64,000 bases of DNA, taken from positions 33,672,437 to 33,736,436 of the forward strand of contig NC_092672.1 of the NCBI RefSeq assembly GCF_964355755.1. Direction: 5' to 3'. This stretch comes from Antedon mediterranea. Taxonomy: Eukaryota > Animalia > Echinodermata. The notes beneath the pieces are model-generated. The model made no database searches, had not been told where the DNA came from, and saw only the letters and a list, made by a program, of their open reading frames with translations. Numbering within the stretch: position 1 is the first letter of the stretch; each line of letters begins with the position of its first letter. Shown piece by piece: positions 13,001 to 25,025 of the stretch. The translations under genes and the position numbers were made by a program.

Positions 13001-14790
13001 GTCATTTTTGACACTTACACACATGCATCAATAAAAGACCGTGAACACAAACGCAGAACAAAGATTAAATGTGCAAATTATAAGGTGTCAACAAACCAAA
13101 GATGTATTGTCCAAAAGACACAGTTTCTTTCAAATTTGAAAAATAAGCAAGAACTAATTAACTTATTAGGATCGACTTTAGCCGAGGATGGAGTTAATGT
13201 TTACCATGCTTATTCAGCAGATGCTGACATGCTCATAGTTGAACGTGCAATACAATCAACCGAACTAAGTTCCAATATAGTGGTTGTAGCAGAGGACACG
13301 GACATTTTGGTTATGCTGGTTCACTGGAATAAGGGAAATAACATCTATCTTAAAACAAAATTAACTATGTATAATGTGTTAGAAATACAAGAGAAACTAC
13401 CTAAGACTGTTCTTAAGTATATATTATTAATTCATGCATTCAGTGGATGTGATAGTACATCTTCTGTGTTTGGCAAGGGAAAAGTTAAACTAGCATCAAA
13501 GCTTGAAAAAATCAGTAATCTAGAGAAAATTGATGTATTTTATTCAGACACCCCCACAAATGAGGGGATACACGAAGCAGGCATCTCATTGATGCAACTA
13601 ATGTATGGTGCTGATGAAGACATGACAACATTAAGAGTACGTATGTACTCCAAAATGGTAGCGAAGGGTAGCTTAACAATTGAGCGTCTACCTCCAACTG
13701 AAGGTGCCATCCTACAGCACTCATTGAGGGTATGGTTTCAAGTACTGGACTGGAGGAAATTAGCACATCATGAAATTGATGCCACCAAATACGGTTGGAA
13801 AAACATCAATGGTGAACTAACACCAGTCCCAACATTAGACGAATATGCTCCTATGTCACTCTTAAAGTTTATCTGTTGTAACTGTAAATCTGGAAATGGT
13901 AATGAGATGTGTAAAACGAATAGATGTAATTGTAGAAAGAGTAAACTTAAATGCTTAAGTGCATGTGGGTCATGTATGGGCAAATGTGAAAATGGCTCAT
14001 GTAACTTTTCATTCATTTTTCTGATGAAGACACCTAGACTTTACTGACACAGTAATAATCTGGCTAGTCTCAACAACAAAAAAATCATCAGCTTTCGTCT
14101 AAGTGACGGTGTATGTTTTAAAGAAAGTTGATTATTTGGTAAAAATAATATCATTGCACGTCTATAATTACATGTAGATTTTAAACTATTACCAATAATA
14201 AGGAATCTTTAGTAAGTAAACGACTGGGAGCAATATCCAAGTTTCGGTGTTATTACATGATGAATAATCCCCTCCCCCACCCTCAAAAACATTTAAAATG
14301 TGATTTTTTTTCTCAAGTTTGGTGCTCTTTTCACATATTAGTTAATAAAACCATACTTCTCGTCACAATTGTACATAATGCTCCATTATACCAAATAGGA
14401 ACATACATGTTCTTAACAATTTGAGACCAATATGAAGATTATGCGACCAGTAGTTCTTGAGATATAATAAGCTGAGGTCAAAGGTCAAAACGTCAGAAAT
14501 ATAATTTCTGGTCACTTTTGTACAAAATGTTTCATTATGAAGAATAGGAATATGTATCTTCTAAACAATTTAAGACCAAAACCAAGTCTCCATGATTAAT
14601 GGTTACCAAGATACAAGCATGTCAAGTTGTAAGCGGCCATTTTGAAAATGGCGCCAAAAAAAAGTTTCCCATGGGCCAAATCCTTAGAACTTTTTTTTGG
14701 TGGTATTTTAGATTCATATAAAGGTTTTCCCATAAAAATCGCTTTGTAAATAATTTTTTCTAGGTTTGGTGCTGATTTTACGCGACGCGA
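10059..14790 (+). mobile_element. AcademX-like DNA transposon remnant
   Basis: Starts TAGTTAGG. Imperfect long inverted repeats (accaaacct.gaaaaaattatttacaaag...caccaaaaaaaagttcta) at about 10088-10175 and 14685-14771, plus inverted subterminal gtctcaaattgtt repeats. Encodes an XPG-like + Cys-rich ORF. Confidence 0.68.
12070..14047 (+). pseudogene. Frameshifted, 5'-truncated AcademX-type protein (XPG/PIN-like nuclease plus C-terminal Cys8/CXC finger)
   Basis: Two overlapping ORFs (12117-12734, 12662-14047). Motifs WSDIAIEQTLMR, VIDGG, VIFDTY, DADMLI, EDTDIL, HAFSGCDSTS, LPPT, and CNCK...C...RCNCRK..LKC..ACG.C. Confidence 0.8.
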
Positions 14791-14907
14791 GATTTATCGA
14801 AACTCCTGAGTCAAATATAATTGTTTTAACTGCTGAGGATAATAAATAATATATTTAATTTTAACATAACAGGAAAGCCTAGATACTTCCAGTGCGAATA
14901 ACAAATA

Positions 14908-15220
14908 TTATATAACACCTATATAAATTCCTGTCATTTGATTGGACGAATGTGGGTCACATGGCGTGCAATAGTACGCACTATTCAACGATCGTTAAAT
15001 AGTACTTTTTGAAACATTTTTGTGTACGAAAAAAAAACGTCTAGATGTTATATAAAACAAATAATGAATGTTTTGTATTCGTGTAATGGTACAAATAATG
15101 GCACTTGGTGAATGATGAAAGGTTATATCAACTCGGCTTTGCCTCGTTGATATAACCTTTCATCATTCACCTCGTGCCATTATTTGTACCATTGCACTCA
15201 TAAACATTCATTATTTGTAT
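14908..15220. mobile_element. Crypton-like MITE with an ~80-bp-stem hairpin
   Basis: 15056-15217 folds around the actcggctttgcctcgt loop; a tgattgg motif lies upstream. Confidence 0.55.
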
Positions 15221-16254
15221 ATTAATGTACAGTATATAGTATGCGTATTTTCAAATGCTGCAAGACATGAGACTCGAAATAGGCTAGGCCTAGGCCTAGT
15301 GGCAGCGCAGTGCATACCTAGCTAGAGCTAGGGTTGGTGGGACGGTTTAGTTAGCTAGATGCTGGGTTAGTGTACGATGCTACGCGCGCGGTAACGATGG
15401 AGGATATGGATGGCCTGATAGTGGGTAGTGTAAACTTACTCTAATATACTGCTGCATTTTACTTTAGTTAGGCCGCTAGTGAGTTAGTATCCTAGAAAAG
15501 TCTTTCTAGGCCTAGGCATCTAAGCCAAATGGGTCAAATAAACAACTATATTTAATCTGCTTCTTTGTTATCAGGAACAATATCGGAATTATTTTATTTT
15601 CTGTACCACCGATCGCACCATCATATCACTCTGAAAACATTTTGTAAAATCATGAGCTCGCAAAGCAGAGACAAAACATCCTTTTGCATATGCATGAGAC
15701 TCTGTGACGACACGCTTTAAGGTGACGTCATTTTACTTTAGCTGCATGCGAAGAAGTAGTCACCACACATTCAGTATCAAATGGGAGCTATATTCGGACC
15801 ATCAAAATGAAGACATGAACATGCTCATGGACATTGATTATTAACAACTTAGGAAGTTTTAAAGGAAGGTGTGATTGGATATTGAGGGAGAGCGTCATTT
15901 CGACAATCGAGCATTCTCTATTATACTCTCTAGTATCAAGTAGTGGAAACATGTTTTTTTTCCTTCGTAATTGATAGTGTTTTAGAGTAAAGTTTAAAGG
16001 GATCAGTGCTTATCAATTCAGTTACAGTATTATTTGTTTACATTTTCTGCAAAGTAGATGTGTTAATGTAATTCACTTCCATGATTTCCTCTAAAAGTTT
16101 TCTTTTGTATGAAGTGTAGAAACATTTCTTGAATTTGCGTTTTATTAATGTGTATCATTTTCATTTAGTTTTGTAGAACTTTTGTGAACCACTTTGGAAA
16201 TCAATATATTTGTATTAATAAAGATTAAGTAAAATTAAGTAACCATAGCAAAAT

Positions 16255-17296
16255 TATAGTATTGTGTTCCTGGGGTATCATTTTGGGTAGGCCTATATGG
16301 AACACAATGCATATATGATGAATAAACCACTGTAATAAGCAATGAGGCCGTTTTCATATGTTAAAGCATTGTGTTCCGTGGTATCATTTTGGGTATATGG
16401 AACAAATGCATTATATATAATGAATAAACCACAATACGAGGCCGTTTTCCTATGTTAAAGCATTGTGTTCCTGGGGTATCATTTTGGGTATATGGAACAC
16501 AATGCATTATATATGATGAATAAACCACTGTAATATGAGGCCGTTTTCCTATGTTAAAGTTTTGTGTTCCTGGGGTATCATTTTGGGTATATGGAACACA
16601 ATGCATTATATAATGAATAAACCACTGTAAGCAATGAGGCCGTTTTGCTATGTTATAGCATTGTGTTCCTGTGGTATCATTTTGGGTATATGGAACACAA
16701 TGCATTATATATGATGAATAAACCACTGTAATAATGAGGCCGTTTTCCTATGTTAAAGCATTGTGTTCCTGTGGTATCATTTTGGGTATATGGAACACAA
16801 TGCATTATAATAATGAATAAACCACTGTAATAAGCAATGAGGCCGTTTTGCTATGTCATAGCATTGTGTTCCTGGGGTATCATTTTGTGTATATGGAACA
16901 CAATGCATTATATATGATGAATAAACCACTGTAATAAGCAATTAGGCCGTTTTCCTATGTTAAAGTATTGTGTTCCTGGGGTATCATTTTGGGTATATGG
17001 AACTGTCAATGCATTATATATGATGAATAAACCACTGTAATATGAGGCCGTTTTCCTATGTTGAAGTATTGTGTTCCTGGGGTATCATTTTGGGTATATG
17101 GAACACAATGCATTATATATGATGAATAAACCACTGTAATATGAGGCCGTTTTCCTATGTTAAAGCATTGTGTTCCTGAGGTATCATTTTGGGTATTATA
17201 TATGATGAATAAACCACTGTAATATGAGGCCGTTTTCCTATGTTGAAGCATTGTGTTCCTGGGGTATTATGTTGGGTATGTAGAACACAATGCATT
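16255..17296. repeat. Minisatellite, ~99-bp unit, about 11 copies; resumes at 22794-22890 after the LINE insertion
   Basis: Unit gcattgtgttcctggggtatcattttgggtatatggaacacaatgcattatatatgatgaataaaccactgtaatatgaggccgttttcctatgttaaa. Confidence 0.95.
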
Positions 17297-18098
17297 TGAG
17301 GGCGCTGATCAAGCTGCAGCCATCACGTTTTTCTTGTTCGCTCTTCGCTTTCTTCTTTTTTTGTGTGTGTTTTTTGTTCGTAGCCCCTTTTTTGATGTAA
17401 TTTGATGATTTTTGATGTTAGTAACTGTTCCCGATTGTGCTGTCTCGTTTTTATAGTCTTGTGAACTGTTTTTTACGTGTTATATACTCTCCGACCAACA
17501 ATCTGCAACATAGGCTAGGCTACCCCGCTTCCGTTGGCCGCTACAATGTGCAAGCAGAATTCCACCGGCACTCGCTATGATGAGTTAACAACATCCGGAA
17601 GCGTGATCAGAGCTAGGCATAGGCCTAGAGGAAGGAGAGCAGGGCGGAAAGTACGGCGCATGATTCCAGTCATATTCAATGTTTTCCCGATTGAATCTAA
17701 ACGGCCTCACATCATTTATAGAACCCCTGTGAGAACTGTCATTCATATCGCTACTTCAACAAAGCAGGATAACAATAGGCTAACGATAGAGAAGAATATT
17801 AAGCAACAACATTTGCCTAATTTTTTAGTAACGAACGCCCAATCGCTGATCAATAAGCGTGATGAATTTCATCTGTTGATGAATAAGGAATCAGTTAATG
17901 TTGGTATAATTACTGAGAGCTGGTTTTCTACCACCCACCATCAAGACCAACTGGACATACCTGGTTATGCCTTATTCTCCAAATGTCGTGAAGACCGACG
18001 TGGGGGTGGAGTAGCAATCTACAGCAAAGATGGCCTCAATGCTCAAGAACTTAAGGTTGCAGCCCCCCCTGAGTTGGAGATTCTTTGGATCAAACTAA

Positions 18099-18910
18099 AG
18101 CCCCTTTCTCACAGATGTGCCTGCAATATACCGGTACAGTGCTGGCGTCGTGCCGGTATCGTTACCGGCATATACCCATTCTCATCGGACTATCGTGCCG
18201 GAAATATAACCGGTATATACCGGCTTTCTGTGAGAAAGGAGTCGGGCATATTCGGCCAATAAAAAGTCTCTGACAAAATAATTATTGAGGGCGTCCTTTA
18301 TTGTTATTATTTTTGTCTAGCGATGATATGGCGGCGAATGTTAAGTTACAGATTATTATTTTCCTTTATAGCATATTTATGCAATAAATACAGTATATTG
18401 TGCATATATTATACAGGTATAGCAATTAATTTGCCGTCATCGGCAATCTGTAAAACACCTTAGAAGGCTGTAGGCCTACAATTTACAAGGCGACGAAAGG
18501 TCAGGCACCAACAAACAAAGAGCTATGGCTGGCCTGAGCCTAGCGGCCTATATAGATTATGCTACAAATTTCTTCTTGTCCCCTTATTTTAAGCAGCTCT
18601 CTTATCTCATTATCCCTCCAGTTCGACATTACTATTGTTAATTGAATTGAATATGCGCCAAAGTGATACACTTGACTGCGCAAGGTGTCAAAGCCTCGAC
18701 GGGGAACCCCGGAATATAACGGCAATACGTTCTCACAGAATGCCCGTCTGGCATTGCGGGGAATATCCCTAGAATATTACTAGGTCTAAAGCAGGTCATG
18801 TCGATGCCGGCATGATGCCAAGACGACCCGTTCTCACAGAAAACCATACCGGCATGGTAATGGTATATTCCCGCAATATTCCTGGCACACAACTCTGTGA
18901 GAAAGGGGCT
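18099..18910. mobile_element. PIF/Harbinger non-autonomous element (TAA TSD)
   Basis: TAA at 18096-18098 and 18911-18913; perfect TIR agcccctttctcacaga; minus-strand Myb/SANT-like remnant MSNWRDNEIRELLKIRGQEEI. Confidence 0.88.
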
Positions 18911-19477
18911 TAAGAGGCACCAGACTACCTAGAGGACTATCGCAAATTGTAGTGTGTGGTATATATATAGTCACAGATTCACCACATCAACAGTTATTGA
19001 AAGAACATCTAATCAACACAATTGATGAAATTCGCACACGGTCCCCAGATACCGGATTTTGCATAGCTGGTGATTTCAACCGTATGGTAATTGGTGACAT
19101 TCTTAAAGGCAACGATTTTCGTCAAATTGTTAAATTTAACACGCGTAATAATGCTGTTCTTGATCTAATCATTACAAATATGGATGACACGTTTTATACA
19201 GCACCATCTGCATTAGCGCCTATTGGTATGAGCGATCATGTGTGTGTACTATGGAAACCAAAGATCAGACCGCGACTCAACTCTACAAAGAACATAGTGG
19301 TTCGTCCATTTTATGAATCAAGAAAATGTGAGTTTGGAAGATGGTTATTAACACAGGATTGGCTTGAGGTGATCAATAGCGCTTCTACTCAAGACAAAAT
19401 GGACGCTCTTTATAACATTTTGAACAGTGCAATAGATAAGTATTTTCCGACAAAAAAAGTAAAAATACACTGTGCTG

Positions 19478-20787
19478 CAGGGGCGCAGCCAGTGGGGGGT
19501 CACGGGGGTCCTGACCCCCCTTTTTTTTTAGAAAAAATAAATAAAAACATGAGACAACAATACAGATCAAATCATCCTGGAGATACTGTGGAAGATTACT
19601 ACCGAGCAGTATTACCAAATCAACTTCTTGATTACAAACCGAGTTAAAAACCCGTTTTTCTGCCGATAACAGGCCATGCTTTAAAATATTTGGCGTAGCA
19701 CCCGAGTCTATAGTGAAGTGTAATGTTGAAGAAGTCTTCAAGGAACTTGAATTTGGTACGATGATCTGCCAAGACACGAACATCTTCATTCCGAGCTTCA
19801 GTGATGGAAGCGACTGTGTAAAATTAGCGGATCCAGATGTGTTCCCGAATGTGCGTGCACTTCTTCTAATCGCGTAGGCCTATGCCCGTAACGTCTGAGT
19901 TTTTCGACTTTATGGAGAAAAAAACCTGTTTGGGAAATCACATGTCTTATGAGCAGCTTTTGGGATTGTGCCTCATGAACATACACTTTAACATGAACAT
20001 TAATACAGAGAATGTCATTCGCGAATTCTGTCTCCAAGCCAAGAAGAATGTATGTTCCAAACTTATGTTTAAAGATGCATCACGCGATGTCAAGAGCGCC
20101 GTTATAGTAACTAACGTAAAATGTATGATAATAATTTAGAAGTTAGTTATTACAATTATGTATAAGCTATCACCTATACTATACATTCGAACAAAATAGG
20201 TATATTTTTAAACAAAATATTGTATGTACTGGGTATGATAAGCGTCTCACATAAACACGGAGCCAAGATAGCTTCTTGGACTTGCACAGTATGAACTCTA
20301 ACCTTACGGTTCTCATTTAATAATATCACTCCCTCCATGCTATCATTCTAATTTCTTTTTTCAAACTTTTGCATCTCTACGTTCATTTCATGCAACTTTT
20401 GTATTGGTGAAAAGGGAGGAATTCAAATAATTCCTCCTCTGAGTTTACAGCCTCTCTACACAAATCAACAAACAAGCAAGAAAAAAAGTGTTTGTCTGTG
20501 GCAGCCTGGAATATAAAAATGTTCTGTAATGAAAATGAGAGTTGTTTTTTGTTTTCTTTGTTACAGTTTTTTAGTGTTAACATTGTCATATTTGTGTGTG
20601 CGTAAACCGATTCAAATGATCTAGATTGCCCTAGACCGCCAAAGCTTCCAGGGGGCTTCGCCCCCTGGACCCCAACCGGGGGCCCTTGGCGGCCCCCTGG
20701 CCCCCAGCCCATGGTTGCTCGCTTCGCTCGCAAAATACTCACATATTGGTTGACCCCCCCTTTAATCCTTTGCTGGCTGCGCCCCTG
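19478..20787 (+). mobile_element. hAT-superfamily (Tip100/THAP12-like) deletion derivative
   Basis: TIR caggggcgcagccag. Remnants RQQYRSNHPGDTVEDYYR and a dimerisation-domain-like PVTS...MSYEQLLGLCLMNIH...VIREF. TGCTG is duplicated at both ends. Confidence 0.85.
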
Positions 20788-23744
20788 TGCTGATAGACCC
20801 TGGATAACTAATTGCATTAGAGACCTAATAGCTAAGAGGCAGACTGCTTTTGCTAGGGGGGACACAACACTTTTTAAGAAGTTACGAAATAAAGTAAAAC
20901 GAGAAATTGAATTGGCCAAAACTAAGTATTTTTCAACTAGAATAAGACACCTACGGCACAATGACCCACGAAAATGGCACTCGCAAATTAAAGATTTAAC
21001 ATCATCTAAAATGGGTCGAGATCTAAATATTAATGTTACAGACATATCCGCCTCTGATCACATAGGTATCGCTAATGCAATTAATTCCCAGTTTGCTAGC
21101 ATTAATAATGACATACCCCCACTAGACTATTGTATTTTACCGGCATATTTGCCATGTAACAGCCCTGCACCGCAAGTTAAAGAATGGGAGGTTTATAATA
21201 AGTTAAGAAAAACCAACCCGCATAAATTAGTAGGACCTGATAAAATACCACCCTTAATTCTTAAAGAGTTTGCCCTTGAGTTAAGTGAACCCCTCACTAA
21301 TATTTTAAATTGCTCATTTAGGGAAGGAAGTCTCCCGACCCAATGGAAATCTGCTGTGACTGTTCCTATCCCCAAGGTACATCCACCAAAAATTGATAAG
21401 TTAAGACCTATCTCGTTAACATCTGCCTTTGCAAAAGTGGCAGAGCAATTTGTTTGTGAATGGGTGGTATCTGATATCCAGAATAAATTAGATGTAAGAC
21501 AGTATGGCAATGTCAAAGGGGCATCAACTAGCCACTACTTAGTACGTCTAGTTCATGATATGTGTGCTGCAGCTGAGGAGGCTCATAACATAGGGACGGT
21601 TGTCCTTACGGACTTCACTAAGGCCTTTGATCGAATTGAACACAACACCTTAATCAATAAAATCATCGACATTGGAGTCCGTAGGTCTATCGTCCCTTGG
21701 ATTTGTAGCTTCCTCAGCTGCAGAGAACAATGTGTAAAATATAACAACTCCCTATCAAGTGCTATCACGTTAAAAGCTGGTGTCCCCCAGGGGACTAAAC
21801 TTGGTCCCATTGCATTTCAAATCATGATCAATGATGCTGTTAAGGGTGCTAAAACGAATGCTTTAAAATACGTTGATGACCTATCTGTTTATGAAAATCG
21901 TAAGATAACACAACCAGGTCACTTGCAGCATGATCTTAATGAGTTTCATGATTGGTGTAAAAGGAATATTATGGACCTGAACCCTGCTAAATGCCAGGCA
22001 CTACAAATATGTTTTAGTAAAAGGAATATTCCTGAAAATAAAATTTATATCGGGGGTAACGAACTAGCATTTGTCACTCATGCTAAAATACTTGGAGTCA
22101 CGTTACAAAATAACTTAAAATGGGATAAGCATATTGGGGATATTGTCCTCAAGGCTAATAGGAAGCTTTTTATTTTAAGGAGTCTAAAGAAATTTGGCTT
22201 CAACCCTGATGAACTATGCTCTGTCTACTGCGGGTATATTAGACCCCTCCTTGAATATGCCGATGTTGTATGGCACCCCGGCTTAACCAAATCGCTTAGC
22301 AACTCTATAGAATCTGTCCAACGCAGAGCATGCCGTACCATATTGGGAAGGGATTTTAGTTCGTATGACAAAGCTCTAAAGGTCTGTAACATCTCATCCC
22401 TTACTGATAGGAGCATAGCTCACAGTCTCAAATTTGCCAAGGGAATATCTCAGACCGTTCATTCTGCCGATCTTTTACCGGTGACACGGTTTGGAAGTCA
22501 TGGGAGGTTGCTCCGTAATAGTAATAACATTTCACAATTACCATCCAGAACCGCCCGTTTCAGTAACAGCCCAATCCCTTATTTTATCCGCCTGCTTAAC
22601 GCCTGATTTTCACTCATTTTTGTATAATTTATTATTTTGTATGTTTCTATTTTGTATATTTTTATTGGTCTTGGTACATGCATGTAAAAGTTACCCACAA
22701 TCTGGCCTTTGGCCACTAGTGGTAACTTGTGGCATGGTGGTGTCTAATGTTTTTTTGATGTTTTATATGAAATAAAAGAATAATAATAATAAAGCATTAT
22801 ATATAATGAATAAACCACTGTAATATGAGGCCGTTTTCCTATGTTAAAGTATTGTGTTCCAGGGTATCATTTTGGGTATATGGAACACAATAGTTCTGCA
22901 AATGGCGATATTTCTGTATTTTTTCAATCAATTGCCTGCTTGCGAGTATTATATAAGGTAGATCTTTGGCTATGTTCGGCTTCGGGATGTTATACCACAC
23001 TTAGGCCTATGCTAGGCTTAGGGGTCGTCGGTTTCGTGTTATGGGTCTTCCAATTCTAGGTCGTCCGATTCGAGGTCGCCCGGGTCGTCGGGGTCGTCCA
23101 ATTCGAGGTCGTCGCTTTCTACACACCCAGTTTATACGTAAGTATTATTTTTTATTTATGTCAAAAGATGACCTTTTGATACGTGATTTTTAAAATAAAA
23201 TATCACTTAATCTGTCAATAAAAAATTAATAGATATAATATGTCAGGCAAGTAAAAAAATTTAATAATGCATTTAATTAAAGTGTAAATGAAATGTCCAT
23301 GCAACTGATATTACAATATATTTACAAAAATGATCAAAATAATATCAATTGAAATTATTCATTCAGTCTGGTTTCACATTAGATGAATGAAGTTTTACAG
23401 TAGTACAGTACTGGGACATGCAACAGTGACACATGCGTGATATGGATGGGCCTGTTATGGTCGCTTGACATGGAACAGCACAGCAGTTTCTTGTTGTTAG
23501 ACATGAACCGTACGAGAATCGGGTGATATAACCTTGCTTTTACTGTATTTTTTTGGTTATCCGCACTTGGCGGATAACCCCTTGTTGTATTTTGTTAGTA
23601 TAGTATAAAGTATATCTTTTTTTTAAATAGTTCATGCCAGTTTCAAATGTATTTCCATTTTATATTACTATGGACAATAAAATAATATCAGTGTCAGTAG
23701 TATCAGTATATTATATCAAACTGTTGAGTGTCTATTGCAATATA

Positions 23745-24440
23745 TTTTCCATTTTTACCGCAGAAGAAGGAGAGTTAATTGTAGTTACACCTTATTTCCT
23801 TATTAGAATCACCGAATGGCAAACCCTCGTAAACTTGGTAAATTGTACAATAGTTCTCTTGTTTATGGAATGAAAGGGACACGTTAATTGTTGAAAATAT
23901 TACTAGTCTTTTTTATCGCAGAATAAGGATAGTGAAGTGTTGTTGTTACACCTTATTTCCAATTAAAAGCATTAATCAGGAAAACCCTCGTAAATGGTAC
24001 AATAGTTCTCTTGTTTATGGAATGAAAGGGGCACGTTAATTGTTGAAAATATTACTAGTCTTTTTTATCGCAGAATAAGGATAGTGAAGTGTTGTTGTTA
24101 CACCTTATTTCCAATTAAAATCATTAATCAGGAAAACCCTCGTAAATGGTAAAATAATTCTCTTGTTTATAGAATGAAAGGGGCACGTTAATTGTTGAAA
24201 TATTGCTAGTCTTTTTTATCGCAGAATAAGGATAGTGAAGTGTTGTTGTTACACCTTATTTCCAATTAAAAGCATTAATCAGGAAAACCATCGTAAATGG
24301 TAAAATAATTCTATTGTTTATAGAATGAAAGGGGCACGTTAATTGTTGAAAATATTACTTTAGTCTTTTTTTCATTACCGCAGAAGAAGAAGCGTTAATT
24401 GTTACCGGTAGGCCTACATCTTATTTCCAGTTAGAAACAG
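23745..24440. repeat. ~150-bp tandem repeat (about 5 units; about 3 units in the paralog at 36725-37115)
   Basis: Repeated cgcagaataaggatagtgaagtgttgttgttacaccttatttcc...gcacgttaattgttgaaa. Confidence 0.88.
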
Positions 24441-24877
24441 CGAACTTTCAAAATTGTATAACATATTGCCCTTGTTTATAGAATGAAAACATTTTACGAA
24501 GATCTAGAGCCTCGTTTCCACTCGTCGAATTTTTTCGGGCGAATCGAGCTTGTATGCATGCGTAGAGGAATTGGAAGATGAAAACATTAATACGAATGCG
24601 TATAAGCTGACGCTTTCGATTCACGTGTACAAATTCGCATTTCAGTGTGAGTAACATAAATTATAGTCGGTTAATACACTTCATATACAGATTGATGTTA
24701 CAGATACATTTATTCATGAAATAACAAATAAAAAAGTTGGTTACAAAATAATAGTTTAAGTTTAAAACAGTAATTATTAATTAATGTAATTCCAAATTAA
24801 ATACAAATTGTTTGTAAATTGTTGTACCTTTTGGGTTTGTAGTAGCTACAACGTTTAATCATGATCTATATACTCAC

Positions 24878-24932
24878 CGTTGTCTACTTCTTGTGGGAAT
24901 AATAATACAGTAATAGACAAGGTACTTTTATG
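24878..24932 (-). promoter_or_regulatory. Putative TATA-like promoter and short non-coding first exon of paralog 1
   Basis: Minus strand: cataaaag at 24932-24925, then a consensus donor CG|GTGAGT with the intron starting at 24877, immediately beyond the duplicated intron sequence. Confidence 0.45.
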
Positions 24933-25025
24933 CTTCGTTTGTTTATGGTTAAGTTTGCCTTGCATCTACTTTTCAAAACGAGCGCTAGAGAGTAGTAAAG
25001 TCAGTGATGACGTATCGCAACTATA

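Larger units (their letters stand above)
9985..15716. mobile_element. Kolobok-like non-autonomous DNA transposon (TTAA TSD, AG..CT ends)
   Basis: TTAA at 9981-9984 and 15717-15720. Imperfect TIR agtgggtagtcacagagtatcatgcata vs agcgtgtcgtcacagagtctcatgcata. Confidence 0.68.
9937..15764. mobile_element. ~90-bp palindromic MITE split at its central TTAA by a Kolobok-like insertion
   Basis: Perfect 43-bp inverted arms ggtgactacttcttcgcatgcagctaaagtaaaatgacgtcac at 9937-9979 and 15722-15764. Confidence 0.7.
17297..22793 (+). mobile_element. Near full-length single-ORF CR1-group (CR1/L2/Rex-Babar/Daphne-like) LINE, interrupted by two DNA transposons
   Basis: APE endonuclease motifs (TNAQSL, ITESW, GGGVAIY, AGDFN, LDLI, SDH) and RT motifs (RPISLT, DFTKAFD, GVPQGTKLGP, YVDD). 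Ends in AATAAA plus an (AAT)n tail. Apparent GCATT TSD at 17292-17296 and 22794-22798. Confidence 0.92.
9692..23525. mobile_element. 13.8 kb composite TIR element (P-like: CA..TG ends, 7-bp TSD ATATAAC, ~150-bp TIRs)
   Basis: 9692-9843 is the near-perfect reverse complement of 23372-23525. ATATAAC occurs at 9685-9691 and 23526-23532. The paralog has the empty site (..taatatataaccttgc, about 32717-32731). Confidence 0.88.
4767..24770. repeat. Segmental duplication, copy 1 (expanded by the 13.8 kb insertion 9692-23525)
   Basis: Colinear and highly similar to 27612-37445: 5050-5510 vs 27820-28265; 7660-8670 vs 30415-31513; 9320-9691 vs 32372-32726; 23526-23725 vs 32720-32888; 23726-24770 vs 36702-37445. 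Confidence 0.93.

Noticed and set aside
16255-17296. CRISPR-like array (palindromic repeats at regular spacing)
   Set aside because: The intervening sequences are the same in each unit rather than unique spacers, there are no cas genes, and the context is eukaryotic.
20383-21045. 220-aa minus-strand ORF
   Set aside because: It is an antisense read-through across the hAT end and the LINE, with no independent coding evidence.
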